Sequence record: OQ939939
Source: Escherichia phage SUT_E1620
DNA: 64,000 bases
Strand: one strand, 5' to 3'
A program made the position numbers and the translations under genes. Below the pieces are notes generated by a model, which was not told the DNA's origin, searched no databases, and saw only the letters and a list, made by a program, of their open reading frames with translations. Shown in pieces: positions 17,989 to 27,290 of the stretch; the stretch's first letter is position 1; every line of letters begins with the position of its first letter.

Positions 17989-18096
17989 CTGTATATTTAT
18001 ACAGTAGGATAACATGTGGATAAGTCTGTGGATAAGTCCTTATATCGCCGCCTATCGTGTCAAATCATTTTGTGCTGTTAATAACATTGTGGATAA
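17989..18096. repeat. right arm of inverted repeat with three DnaA boxes
   Basis: TGTGGATAA at 18015, 18027 and 18088; palindrome CTGTATATTTATACAG; inverted copy of 14394-14502. Confidence 0.7.
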
Positions 18097-18936
18097 CTTA
18101 AATGATAGTGGTTCTCACTTAGGACGATAGTTTCTTATAGTTATTATTTCTATCGGTTACGATTTCTTATAATTATTATTTCTCATTAATTTATAAGTAT
18201 ATTATATATCATGAAATAGTTAGTTGGCTAATGAGATTTTCCGTGATTAATAGTCTGCTAATAGTTCCGGCTGTTACAATCCACCAGCATGATTATCATC
18301 CTAGCAACTATTAGTCTGCTATCTTTCCGATGCATACTAACAAATAAAAGTCAATTAATTTATTTCATAAAATAAGTAGTTATCCACTGGAAAATAAAAG
18401 TCAAGTGGATAACTAGGAAAATTTCATTTTTGCTTTTGGGGATAAGTTATCAACAAGGCTAGAATGCGCCTAAAACGCCCTAGAACGCGATGAAAGTTTT
18501 AGCCATGCCATTGCATTGCCTACCCTCGTTTATCGCTACCACGAGCTTTTTAGTTTTTGTCAAGTAGGGCAAGGCAAATATAAATGAAAAAATTACTTGC
18601 CAACCTGCTGGGTTTTATGGTATTCGCGCGCCCGTTTCCTTTAATTTTAGTGCGCCGCGCCCAGGTCGCCGCACGGTGTCCGGTGGCATTTTGTCTTTAC
18701 GTTTCTTTACAAAAATAAGGTTGCGCCATTTTTACTATTTGCTATTATTTATCTCGTAGGGAGGCAATGACGAACTACACGGCGGGAAGTTTACCGCCAC
18801 GCTCTTTAAAAATTGGGTATATCTTAAAGCCTATCGGCGGTAAACTTATTCATTATAAGGAATCGACGATATGAAACAGACGCTTTTGATCACTGGCAAG
18901 CCTAGCAAGGCACTAGATAGCAAAACAAAAAACTTG

Positions 18937-18964
18937 TTGACAGTAGCGCAAAGATCGGTAAAAT
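18937..18964 (+). promoter_or_regulatory. consensus sigma70 promoter
   Basis: TTGACA, 16-bp spacer, TAAAAT. Confidence 0.5.
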
Positions 18965-19070
18965 ACCGATTCACGCAGTACAAGAAAGGTCGCCAGCAAG
19001 GTTTAGAAATGATCTGGAGAAATATTATGATTGACCTGAAAGAAAATCATAAAAAACTGCAAAAAATTGT

Positions 19071-19099
19071 TTGACAACCTAGCCGATAGGCTTTAAGAT
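19071..19099 (+). promoter_or_regulatory. consensus sigma70 promoter
   Basis: TTGACA, 17-bp spacer, TAAGAT; about 200-nt leader before the ATG at 19301. Confidence 0.5.
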
Positions 19100-19226
19100 G
19101 TACCCAGTTCGATAAGAGCGATAACTTGATAAAATTTGACGGTCGGTGCTTACCATAATGCGCCCCGCCCCCTAACGGGATATAGCGGCCTACGTGGAGT
19201 TCTTTAAATTGATTAAACTGGCGAGC

Positions 19227-19277
19227 GGATTGTTACTTATTACCTGCTACTTTCTAGCAGGTAATGCGGAACAATCC
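19227..19277 (+). promoter_or_regulatory. long two-tier hairpin in the 5-prime leader
   Basis: GGATTGTT/AACAATCC outer stem enclosing TACCTGCTA-CTTTC-TAGCAGGTA inner stem, just upstream of the SD. Confidence 0.4.
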
Positions 19278-19300
19278 ATCAAATAACTGGAGTTTATATT

Positions 19301-19552
19301 ATGCAAAACGTTATTACCGCGCCTAAAATTGGTCAATCTGTTTTTATTCCTTTCGTTACTAAAACGGACGAATTAACCGGAAAAGCCGAACGTATTAAAG
19401 GCGCGGCGCTTATGCCTTTCGATACAATCGACGCGGTATACGCTGAAAATGAACGTAGTAACAACGGCAAGCCTGTTTTTAACGTTCGCGTTAAATCCGG
19501 CGACGTTGTAAAGATCATTCAGAAGGATGATAAATGGCAAGCCATAGCATAA
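19301..19552 (+). CDS. hypothetical protein
   Basis: 83 aa; SD CTGGAG. Confidence 0.4.
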   Translation: MQNVITAPKIGQSVFIPFVTKTDELTGKAERIKGAALMPFDTIDAVYAENERSNNGKPVFNVRVKSGDVVKIIQKDDKWQAIA

Positions 19553-19652
19553 ATTAGTGTTACTTTTATATTCCCCTGAAATATGGGGAATATATGGATT
19601 AACATTAGTTAATCATAATCCCTTAATTAATAATTGAATGGAGTATTAAATT

Positions 19653-20069
19653 ATGTCTAACGTTAAAACCGAAAAAACCGCAAAATTCTCTTGGAACGAA
19701 GAAAACACCGAAAAGGCTGTTTCTATGTATTCTGAAATGGTCGCTAAAAGCGGGATTGAGTTTGCGAATAGTGACGGCTTAAAAGAAATTGCCGCCGCCG
19801 TTGGCGCTGCTAGTCCGGTGTCTGTACGTTCTAAACTGACAAGCGCAAAAGCGTACCAGAAAAGCGATAAACCGCGTAAAGTTGGCGGCGGGTCTAGTGT
19901 CCGTAAAGCTCACTATGTGCGCGTCATTGCTAAACATGCCATTGATAGCGGCATTGTAAAAGACGCTGACGATCTGGCAAGTCTGGAAAGTGCAAAACTG
20001 GAAACGCTGGACGCCGTAGCTCAATTGTTAGGCGTAGCGGAGGAAGTAAAACAGGCCGCAGGTGAATAA
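19653..20069 (+). CDS. hypothetical protein
   Basis: 138 aa; SD TGGAG. Confidence 0.4.
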   Translation: MSNVKTEKTAKFSWNEENTEKAVSMYSEMVAKSGIEFANSDGLKEIAAAVGAASPVSVRSKLTSAKAYQKSDKPRKVGGGSSVRKAHYVRVIAKHAIDSGIVKDADDLASLESAKLETLDAVAQLLGVAEEVKQAAGE

Positions 20070-20127
20070 ATTTTAATTAGCGGGGAATATTCCCCGCTAT
20101 AATTTCCCTTTGACCGGAGTTATTAAA

Positions 20128-20355
20128 ATGATTTTCTTCCCTAGTGAAGCGTTTATTTTAGGTTTATTTATAGTTGCCGCTATGTTTATATTTAATTACG
20201 GCAAATATATAATCTCTATTATCGGCATTAATTCAGCTTATGCCGCTGATATGTTTAAACGTCAAGCTAATAAACAAAAATATCTGGCGATTATATTTTT
20301 AACGCTGGCTATTAGTTGCGGGTTTAGTTCTAGTCTTATGCCAATTCTAGAATAA
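20128..20355 (+). CDS. small membrane protein
   Basis: ATG at 20128 with GGAG SD (the track ORF starts at a TTG at 20110); two hydrophobic helices. Confidence 0.35.
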   Translation: MIFFPSEAFILGLFIVAAMFIFNYGKYIISIIGINSAYAADMFKRQANKQKYLAIIFLTLAISCGFSSSLMPILE

Positions 20356-20463
20356 TATTGCAAATTATAACGCCTTTTAAATTGTCCTCACTTCAGGCAA
20401 GGCGTTATATTTGGCAATATTGCCAGTATTAATATTTATCCCTTTATAGGAGTTGATTTAGTT

Positions 20464-22134
20464 ATGAATATTTCCGCAGAAAAACAAGCTCAAATTTTGA
20501 AAATGGCCGCTGATTTTAATTTCTATGGTAAGCGTTTACGCGCTACTAAATTGGAAGTTTGCGACGATATTTCAAAAGCTGTTTATGATACGCCGAAACA
20601 TTCGACCGCAATTTGTGACTGGCTGGAAGCAAATAAGCCAGCGAAACCGAAAGCGGCAAAAGCTGAAAAGGCGATTAAAAATGATGATCGCCCCGAAGCG
20701 GCGGGAATTGTTTCTAGTACCGTTGAACAATGGGAAGTTAAATCCGGTCGCCGTTTTATTCTAACGTCGATTCAAAATAATACTTTCCCGCATAAAAACT
20801 TTTTAGCAAGTCTGGAAAAATTCGCTGAATATTGCGGCGCTGAATTGCTGATTAGTAAATTCATTTATAATAAAAATGGATTCCAGAACGGGGAAGGGGC
20901 AAACGGTATTAAATACGATCCCGCATTTGATAAATATGTTTGTGATAAAAACGTATTTTTAAATAACCGCCGCTTTGCTTTCATGGCTGAAATTAATGTT
21001 TTACCAACGGCAGATTATCCGCTTTCAGGATTCGCAGAAACCGCCACGGCTTTAAATATCGAAGGTCTGGCAATTGGTCACGCAAAAATTACCGCTGAAA
21101 GTGTTCCCGCGCTTAAAGGTGAAGTAGTGCGCCGTATGTATTCAACCGGAACGGCAACGCTCAAAAACTACATTCAGCAGAAAGCCGGACAAAAGGCCGA
21201 GGCGCTGCATAATTTCGGTGCGCTTATTGTCGAGTTCGACGAAGACGGTGAGTTTTTTGTTCGCCAGCTTGAAACGATGGATGAAAGCGGGGTATTTTAT
21301 GATCTGAATGTTTGTGCTACTCCCGCCGGATGCTATGAAACAACGGGACACGTTTTAGGTTTACAATATGGTGACATCCACGCTGAAAAATTAGATGAAG
21401 AATGCGCCGCTGCATCTTGGGGGCATGGCGACACCTACGGGCTTGTGGATATTCTTAAACCAAAATATCAATTCGTACACGACGTGCATGATTTTACATC
21501 ACGCAACCATCACAACCGCGCATCCGGTGTATTCCTAGCAAAACAATACGCCGCCGGACGTGATAAAGTTATTGATGATCTTATCGATACGGGGCGCGTG
21601 CTGGAATCAATGGAACGTGATTTCTCGCAAACAATCATTGTTGAATCTAATCACGATTTGGCGCTATCCCGTTGGCTTGATGATCGTAATGCTAACATTA
21701 AAGACGATCCAGCAAACGCGGAACTATATCACCGCCTAAATGCCGCGATTTATGGAGCTATTGCAGAAAAAGACGATACTTTCAACGTGCTAGATTATGC
21801 GCTGCGCAAGGTTGCAGGTTGTGAGTTTAACGCCATTTTTCTAACTACTGACCAATCTTTCAAGATTGCAGGCATTGAATGCGGCGTACACGGTCACAAC
21901 GGCATTAACGGCAGCCGTGGCAATCCTAAACAGTTTAAGAAATTGGGCAAGCTAAACACGGGACACACCCATACCGCTAGCATTTACGGTGGCGTTTATA
22001 CCGCTGGCGTAGCTGGTAGTCTGGATATGGGTTACAACGTTGGCGCGTCAAGCTGGACGCAAACGCATTTAATTACCTATGCAAACGGTCAGCGCACTTT
22101 GATTGACTTTAAAAACGGTAAATTTTTCGCGTAA
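20464..22134 (+). CDS. A1: A1-like pre-early metallophosphatase
   Basis: 556 aa, the size I recall for T5 A1; phosphoesterase motifs YGDIHAE, HGDTYG, RNHHN, GVHGHNG, GHTHT; SD TAGGAG. Confidence 0.65.
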   Translation: MNISAEKQAQILKMAADFNFYGKRLRATKLEVCDDISKAVYDTPKHSTAICDWLEANKPAKPKAAKAEKAIKNDDRPEAAGIVSSTVEQWEVKSGRRFILTSIQNNTFPHKNFLASLEKFAEYCGAELLISKFIYNKNGFQNGEGANGIKYDPAFDKYVCDKNVFLNNRRFAFMAEINVLPTADYPLSGFAETATALNIEGLAIGHAKITAESVPALKGEVVRRMYSTGTATLKNYIQQKAGQKAEALHNFGALIVEFDEDGEFFVRQLETMDESGVFYDLNVCATPAGCYETTGHVLGLQYGDIHAEKLDEECAAASWGHGDTYGLVDILKPKYQFVHDVHDFTSRNHHNRASGVFLAKQYAAGRDKVIDDLIDTGRVLESMERDFSQTIIVESNHDLALSRWLDDRNANIKDDPANAELYHRLNAAIYGAIAEKDDTFNVLDYALRKVAGCEFNAIFLTTDQSFKIAGIECGVHGHNGINGSRGNPKQFKKLGKLNTGHTHTASIYGGVYTAGVAGSLDMGYNVGASSWTQTHLITYANGQRTLIDFKNGKFFA

Positions 22135-22187
22135 TTAAATTATCCCCTAGCGGCTTGAAATATAGCCGCTATTACAGGAGTCAAAAA

Positions 22188-22445
22188 ATGAAAGTTACAT
22201 TACCCAAAACATTGGACGAAAAAGCATTCATCTCACCGGATGAAATGGAATCCGATAAAGTTTACAGCTTTGGGCCTATCCTAGCCGCCAAAACTAATAC
22301 GGATGGCATTATTTCCATCGATTATCGTGATAATGATGTTGTTCCTTTTGATGATGATGGCGCTTTTTATGAGTGGCTAAGCGATAATAATTTACCCGTA
22401 AACGGTGAATTAACGCCGTACCAGATGCAGATTATTATCAAATAA
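22188..22445 (+). CDS. hypothetical acidic protein
   Basis: ATG at 22188 with CAGGAG SD (the track ORF starts at a TTG at 22155). Confidence 0.35.
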   Translation: MKVTLPKTLDEKAFISPDEMESDKVYSFGPILAAKTNTDGIISIDYRDNDVVPFDDDGAFYEWLSDNNLPVNGELTPYQMQIIIK

Positions 22446-22484
22446 ATTAAATCCCTATATTAAACTAATTGGAGTTTTATAAGT

Positions 22485-22877
22485 ATGAAAAAGCAAAATA
22501 TTCCATTCGATCGCGCTCAGTCTTCCATTGTTCTGGTTTATTCTAATGGTGAACGTTACCACGTCGAGGCGGGGCACGTTATTGATGAATTATTAGATTT
22601 CAATGACGCTTTACAGGTTACTACCTTTGCCTATACGCAAGGCAAACTAACCAGCCATATTAAAGCAAAAGGCGTTTATGTTGACACGATGAAACAAGAA
22701 ACAATCATTATTGACGCGGTAAAATCTGGTCTAGCCTTTGCAGTTGTCGCGCCTTGCCCCGCTTGCCTTGATGATCAGCTAGCGAGCGCAAAGGTATACA
22801 CCTGCGCGGGGATTCGTTCTAGCGTATCCGGTGAGGATGTTAGTTTTATCGCTGATGCGTTGGCTTATGGTCTTTAA
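22485..22877 (+). CDS. hypothetical protein (A2-like by position and size only)
   Basis: 130 aa; SD TTGGAG; lies between the A1-like and dmp-like genes. Confidence 0.3.
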   Translation: MKKQNIPFDRAQSSIVLVYSNGERYHVEAGHVIDELLDFNDALQVTTFAYTQGKLTSHIKAKGVYVDTMKQETIIIDAVKSGLAFAVVAPCPACLDDQLASAKVYTCAGIRSSVSGEDVSFIADALAYGL

Positions 22878-22956
22878 TAGTTGATTTATTATTACCCGCT
22901 TATAAATAGCGGGTAATGCTGAATTAATCTAATCCCTTAAATGGAGAACGTAACAA

Positions 22957-23691
22957 ATGAATAAAGCTATTATGAATATTTCCCGCAGCTTCCCGCATAT
23001 TTCCCGCGTCATGATTTGGGATTTAGACGGCACTATCGTTAATTCTTTCCATCGTGTAGCGCCTTGCTTTGATAGTGAGGGCAATTTAGATTTAAATAAG
23101 TATAAAAATGAAGCGTGTAAACATCATTTAATAATGCAAGATACTTTATTGCCATTGGTTGAATATATGCGCCAGTGCATGAATGACGCAAATACTTTAA
23201 ACATTATTTGCACCGCTCGACTGATGAGTAAGTCGGACTATTATTTCTTGCGCAAACAAGGCTTGCGCGGTCGTGGTAATAGTAATATCCGCGTATTTTC
23301 CCGCGACACACTGCATAAATATTTTAAAGCTGATAAGGTTAGCGAAATATACCACAGCAAAGACGCAGTATATAAATCTTATTATTTTGAATTATTTAAA
23401 CAGTTATATCCGAACGCTGATTTTACAATGATTGATGATCATAAAGGCGTACTATCAGCGGCGGCATCATACGGATTTAAAACGCTGGACGCCCAAGCCG
23501 TTAATGATATTCTATCAATCGGCGTGGCATTAATAGGTGAAACCTTTATTGATGAATCTCTCGACGATGATAATGATTATCAATTCCTAGCCGATCGTTT
23601 GAAATTATGTTGGGAAGGTATGACCGAAGAAGAACGCGCAGAATATAGTACCACACCGCAACAATTCATTGATAAATTAAAAGTTGCCTAA
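22957..23691 (+). CDS. dmp: HAD-family 5-prime-deoxyribonucleotidase (dmp-like)
   Basis: 244 aa; HAD motif I WDLDGTIVNS; SD ATGGAG; size matches my recollection of T5 dmp. Confidence 0.6.
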   Translation: MNKAIMNISRSFPHISRVMIWDLDGTIVNSFHRVAPCFDSEGNLDLNKYKNEACKHHLIMQDTLLPLVEYMRQCMNDANTLNIICTARLMSKSDYYFLRKQGLRGRGNSNIRVFSRDTLHKYFKADKVSEIYHSKDAVYKSYYFELFKQLYPNADFTMIDDHKGVLSAAASYGFKTLDAQAVNDILSIGVALIGETFIDESLDDDNDYQFLADRLKLCWEGMTEEERAEYSTTPQQFIDKLKVA

Positions 23692-23854
23692 CAATTAAAA
23701 ATAAAATAGTCACACTGTGTAATGATAACATGGTGTGACTATTAGCTTGCTAAGTAAGGGGGCGGTAATGAGACTCATTCTCATCTAGGGAACCTCTGGG
23801 CACACCTTCATGTGTAATCTTATGAGATTTCGAGAATTGGTAATTAGCGCTAAC

Positions 23855-24100
23855 TTAGGAGGAACACCGGTCTACTGGCTTGTCTCCTGATTCTGACATA
23901 CGAAATCTCCTCCGCGATGCCCGAGATCCATCCGACCACTCTCGCTCAAACTCCTCCCGTTTCTCCGCAAACTTCCGCTCCCTTTCCGAAAGCTCCCGCG
24001 ATACTCCCGCAATATATTCACGATGCTTATTAATCGCCCCGAGTGTTCCGAAGATTCCCACAAGCACCCCGATAATAAAGATAGCTACAAAGCTAAACAT
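23855..24100 (-). CDS. small membrane protein with charged C-terminal tail
   Basis: 81 aa; N-terminal TM; TAATG-coupled to the upstream small ORF. Confidence 0.4.
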   Translation of the reverse strand: MFSFVAIFIIGVLVGIFGTLGAINKHREYIAGVSRELSERERKFAEKREEFEREWSDGSRASRRRFRMSESGDKPVDRCSS

Positions 24101-24204
24101 TACTTGTCTCCCCGCAGCTTACGTTCAATACGAGCTAAGTGGTTATCTAAGATGCACTGCCCGATAATTACCACAACTAGTAAAGCAATAATTACTACTT
24201 CCAT
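24100..24204 (-). CDS. small membrane peptide (about 34 aa)
   Basis: hand-translated MEVVIIALLVVVIIGQCILDNHLARIERKLRGDK; TAATG overlaps at both ends. Confidence 0.3.
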   Translation of the reverse strand: MEVVIIALLVVVIIGQCILDNHLARIERKLRGDK

Positions 24205-24338
24205 TATAACCACCCCGCCATAGCCGCTAACCAAAAGAGTACAAAGATAAAGAATAACACAGTCCCGAATCCGAAACTATTTATCCAACTTTCGTACACT
24301 TCCCCGCGTCTGTTCTTTCTTCTGTTGTCGTCTGACAT
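24204..24338 (-). CDS. small tail-anchored membrane protein
   Basis: ATG at 24338 with CAGGAG SD (the track ORF extends to a GTG at 24389); C-terminal TM helix. Confidence 0.3.
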   Translation of the reverse strand: MSDDNRRKNRRGEVYESWINSFGFGTVLFFIFVLFWLAAMAGWL

Positions 24339-24591
24339 CTCTTTGCTTCTCCTGTAGTCCTGGTATTTGGAATATCCTAGCAATTGCACGAACCATTACG
24401 ACTGTCCCGATAAGATCCATTACTTCATCGAAGCCGGACTCTTCTAGCAAAAAGGATGTTCCCATCACATCTTCCATTGTATCTTCTATGACGTCTTGAA
24501 TGATTTCGTTAATTGCATCATGTATTGCTTTAGTCCTGGGATCTATTTCAAAGTTAACAGGTTCCTGAAAGGACTTTTCTTCATCTTGCAT
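24277..24591 (-). CDS. hypothetical acidic protein
   Basis: 104 aa; weak SD; overlaps the downstream small ORF. Confidence 0.3.
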   Translation of the reverse strand: MQDEEKSFQEPVNFEIDPRTKAIHDAINEIIQDVIEDTMEDVMGTSFLLEESGFDEVMDLIGTVVMVRAIARIFQIPGLQEKQRDVRRQQKKEQTRGSVRKLDK

Positions 24592-24665
24592 TGTGTTTGC
24601 TACCTGTACCTCATCCCAGAAATAAAAATTTTTGTTTACTTCGAGATCTTTTTACTTTATACTAA

Positions 24666-24932
24666 TTACAAGTGACCAGATTGTTCTAGTTTAAATTTGC
24701 AATCGCCATATTTGAGATCAAACTGTGACAAATCCCACCACCCAAACTTAGTGCGTAACTGAGTTTTAGGGAATCGGTAGCCCACAGTACGGGCTTCTCG
24801 AATATCTAAAGCATAGTGTTCTTCACCAACATGACCATAAGACTTCACATATGCCTTACAAAATGGCTCGGGAGCTGGTACACAACCCGTCAACACTACT
24901 GCTGCAACTACGATGGCTAGTAACTTTTTCAT
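24666..24932 (-). CDS. llp: small lipoprotein, candidate receptor-blocking (Llp-like) protein
   Basis: 88 aa; signal peptide with lipobox LTGC; SD AGAGGA; divergent from the adjacent large plus-strand gene, as for T5 llp/oad. Confidence 0.5.
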   Translation of the reverse strand: MKKLLAIVVAAVVLTGCVPAPEPFCKAYVKSYGHVGEEHYALDIREARTVGYRFPKTQLRTKFGWWDLSQFDLKYGDCKFKLEQSGHL

Positions 24933-25015
24933 AATCGTTCCTCTGTTTAATTTATAAATATATTATAGCAAAATAGAGGGATCTAAGCAAATACATTTTT
25001 AAAGAAGGAGATTGT

Positions 25016-26797
25016 ATGAGTTTTTTCGCAGGAAAATTTAGTGATGGTAAAACTGTATTATCGCTAAACGCTGCTAATGGTGGTGATATAAATCAGCACT
25101 ACTCTCCAAATACTAATAGTATCTTCCACTCAGATATGCCCTTCGTCCTAGTTGATGGGACTTATGAAGCGGCTCTAGGTGATGCAGGCAATGGGTATTT
25201 TGTTACTCAGATGCCTTGGGATATTATAAACATTAAATCCAATGATCCTGGTAGAGTTATACTAACTGCTATTGAGATAAACGGTACTCATCGTGGATTT
25301 CTGAATGGTACACAATCTCAGGTTGGCCAGTTCTTATCATTCTTTGAAGATCAACCACGTGCTGGTGCTGAACTGGCTATAACATCTGCTTTTGCAATCG
25401 GTGATAGTTTAGCTCACGGTACTTATATATATAATGGTGGTCTTGGTCATGAGGAATCTATTGCTAGGCAAGGAACTGGTGGTACTTTACTACAATCTTC
25501 CGGTTTCCAGATCTTTAGACCTGGTGGTGTTTCCGCAGGTGAAGCTATTTCCAGAGCCTGGGGATTAATGGGCTTTCCTACTGGTGTTTCTACTGTTCCT
25601 ATAGATGGTGGTAACGCCGATTATTGGGAACCTAACTGGCAAGCGCCTGTTGGTTCTGCTGGTAGAGGCCATGATTGGTTTTATGTTTGTAGTTCTAATA
25701 TTCGTGGCTTCGCAGGTAAAAAAGGCGTACTACCAGATAACGTAAACGTTCTTTACCAATCTCCTGCATATCCAGAAAAAATATATGTTTGTAGAGGTTC
25801 TACTTCTAATATGGCTGCTCAGTCCGCTAGAAAGGTATATGTACAGGACTGGTATAATGTTACGCCAACTAAGGTTATTTGGTATGTGCTAAATCTGCGC
25901 TATTCTAATGGTAGTATGGGAGTTTCTGGTAATCCATTTACCGGTTCAGATATCCTAATATCTCCATCTAACTTTACTATTAAAGGTGTTAGTTTACCAA
26001 ATACAGGATATAAATTCATTAACCAGAATGCCTTTGGAAACTTAGGCTATCGCCCTGATATGGAGTATGTTGGTAATAACGCTGCGTATACCGGAGTTTT
26101 TGGTGATAATACTGCACGATGTGAATTTATCGGCTCTAGTAATGGTGGGTTGTGGTCGCCCGTTAACTATGGGGGTGCAGCTTCCCAAATTAGCCTATAT
26201 AAATTTGGTGTAGGTAAACAATGGTATGTAGATACTAATACCAACTCCATTGGTAATGAACATGGACCTGTGTGGAGTCCTAGTACTGTACCCCTCAGGT
26301 TATTCCCAGGCAACGTTGCAAGTACTTATGTAGGGGACGATATAACTCCATCCTACCCTGGTGCTGGTGACTTCTACACACCTTTGGCCACTGTTTGGTT
26401 AGGATTACCTAATGCTCACTCTACCGTTATATTAACTACTGAAGTTATTATGGGTAATCTTAATACTGCTGGAATGCCTGTGCGTACTTATGGTGGTAGT
26501 GCTTGGCAGGTACAAGGTAGACGTCAACAAAGTTATACAGCTGGTGATGGTGTATTCCATCAGATTCTTACTCTGCCACCTGGCTATCTAGTACCTTATC
26601 ACAGTACAACTTCCTATAGTTATACACAAACTTGGGCTAGTAGGCCAAATGAGTTTGCTTTCCGTAGGAACGGATATATTTATACTATTAAAAACCTTGG
26701 TAATGGCAACGTTGAGTTGGGTGTTATCATTCACGCTGCAGAAGCGGCAGCTGTTTTCTTGCCAAGACTACGTGTAACAGTTCAACGCCTAACCTAA
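25016..26797 (+). CDS. putative receptor-binding tail protein (pb5-like by position)
   Basis: 593 aa; SD AAGGAG; sits between the lipoprotein and the terminase genes; Gly/Thr-rich. Confidence 0.45.
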   Translation: MSFFAGKFSDGKTVLSLNAANGGDINQHYSPNTNSIFHSDMPFVLVDGTYEAALGDAGNGYFVTQMPWDIINIKSNDPGRVILTAIEINGTHRGFLNGTQSQVGQFLSFFEDQPRAGAELAITSAFAIGDSLAHGTYIYNGGLGHEESIARQGTGGTLLQSSGFQIFRPGGVSAGEAISRAWGLMGFPTGVSTVPIDGGNADYWEPNWQAPVGSAGRGHDWFYVCSSNIRGFAGKKGVLPDNVNVLYQSPAYPEKIYVCRGSTSNMAAQSARKVYVQDWYNVTPTKVIWYVLNLRYSNGSMGVSGNPFTGSDILISPSNFTIKGVSLPNTGYKFINQNAFGNLGYRPDMEYVGNNAAYTGVFGDNTARCEFIGSSNGGLWSPVNYGGAASQISLYKFGVGKQWYVDTNTNSIGNEHGPVWSPSTVPLRLFPGNVASTYVGDDITPSYPGAGDFYTPLATVWLGLPNAHSTVILTTEVIMGNLNTAGMPVRTYGGSAWQVQGRRQQSYTAGDGVFHQILTLPPGYLVPYHSTTSYSYTQTWASRPNEFAFRRNGYIYTIKNLGNGNVELGVIIHAAEAAAVFLPRLRVTVQRLT

Positions 26798-26807
26798 AGG
26801 AGGATAT

Positions 26808-27290
26808 ATGGCAAATGATGTATTAGTTCCCGATCTCATGTCTCCCGAAGGCATGGATGTTATTGAAGCCTATTTACAATGCGGTAGTGATGTTCCTGCC
26901 GCTGCTCGTAGTCTTGGGATGTCCGAGATTGCATTCCGTGATATAATGAATCGTGGGGAAGTTAAAAACTATCTTAACGATATCTTTATGGAAAGCGGCT
27001 TCCGTAATCGTGACCGTTTGTTTGGGGTTCTTGATGAAGTTATCAAGCGTAAGCTAGAAGAACTTGAAGAAACTGGCATGGGTTCTGACCAGGATATCAT
27101 GGATATTCTCTGGAAGGCGCACAAGATGAAAATGGAAGAAATGAAAATGATGGTAGAACTGGAGAAAGTGAAGGCAGCAGCCCGTACTCCGGCTAACCAG
27201 ACTAACATTCAGAATAATATTATTGCTGGAAGTGGTGACGAAAACTATATGAATCTTATTACCGCTCTAGCAGGAGGAGGTAAGAGATAA
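26808..27290 (+). CDS. terminase small subunit
   Basis: 160 aa; N-terminal HTH-like segment; immediately upstream of the large subunit. Confidence 0.5.
   Translation: MANDVLVPDLMSPEGMDVIEAYLQCGSDVPAAARSLGMSEIAFRDIMNRGEVKNYLNDIFMESGFRNRDRLFGVLDEVIKRKLEELEETGMGSDQDIMDILWKAHKMKMEEMKMMVELEKVKAAARTPANQTNIQNNIIAGSGDENYMNLITALAGGGKR

Noticed and set aside
14394-18096. IS element or transposon
   Set aside because: The inverted repeats are long and imperfect, no transposase or recombinase motif is visible in the enclosed genes, and no target-site duplication is apparent; kept as an open alternative in the findings rather than called a mobile element.
18871-19074. 67-aa plus-strand ORF
   Set aside because: Overlaps two consensus promoters; the region is better explained as regulatory DNA.
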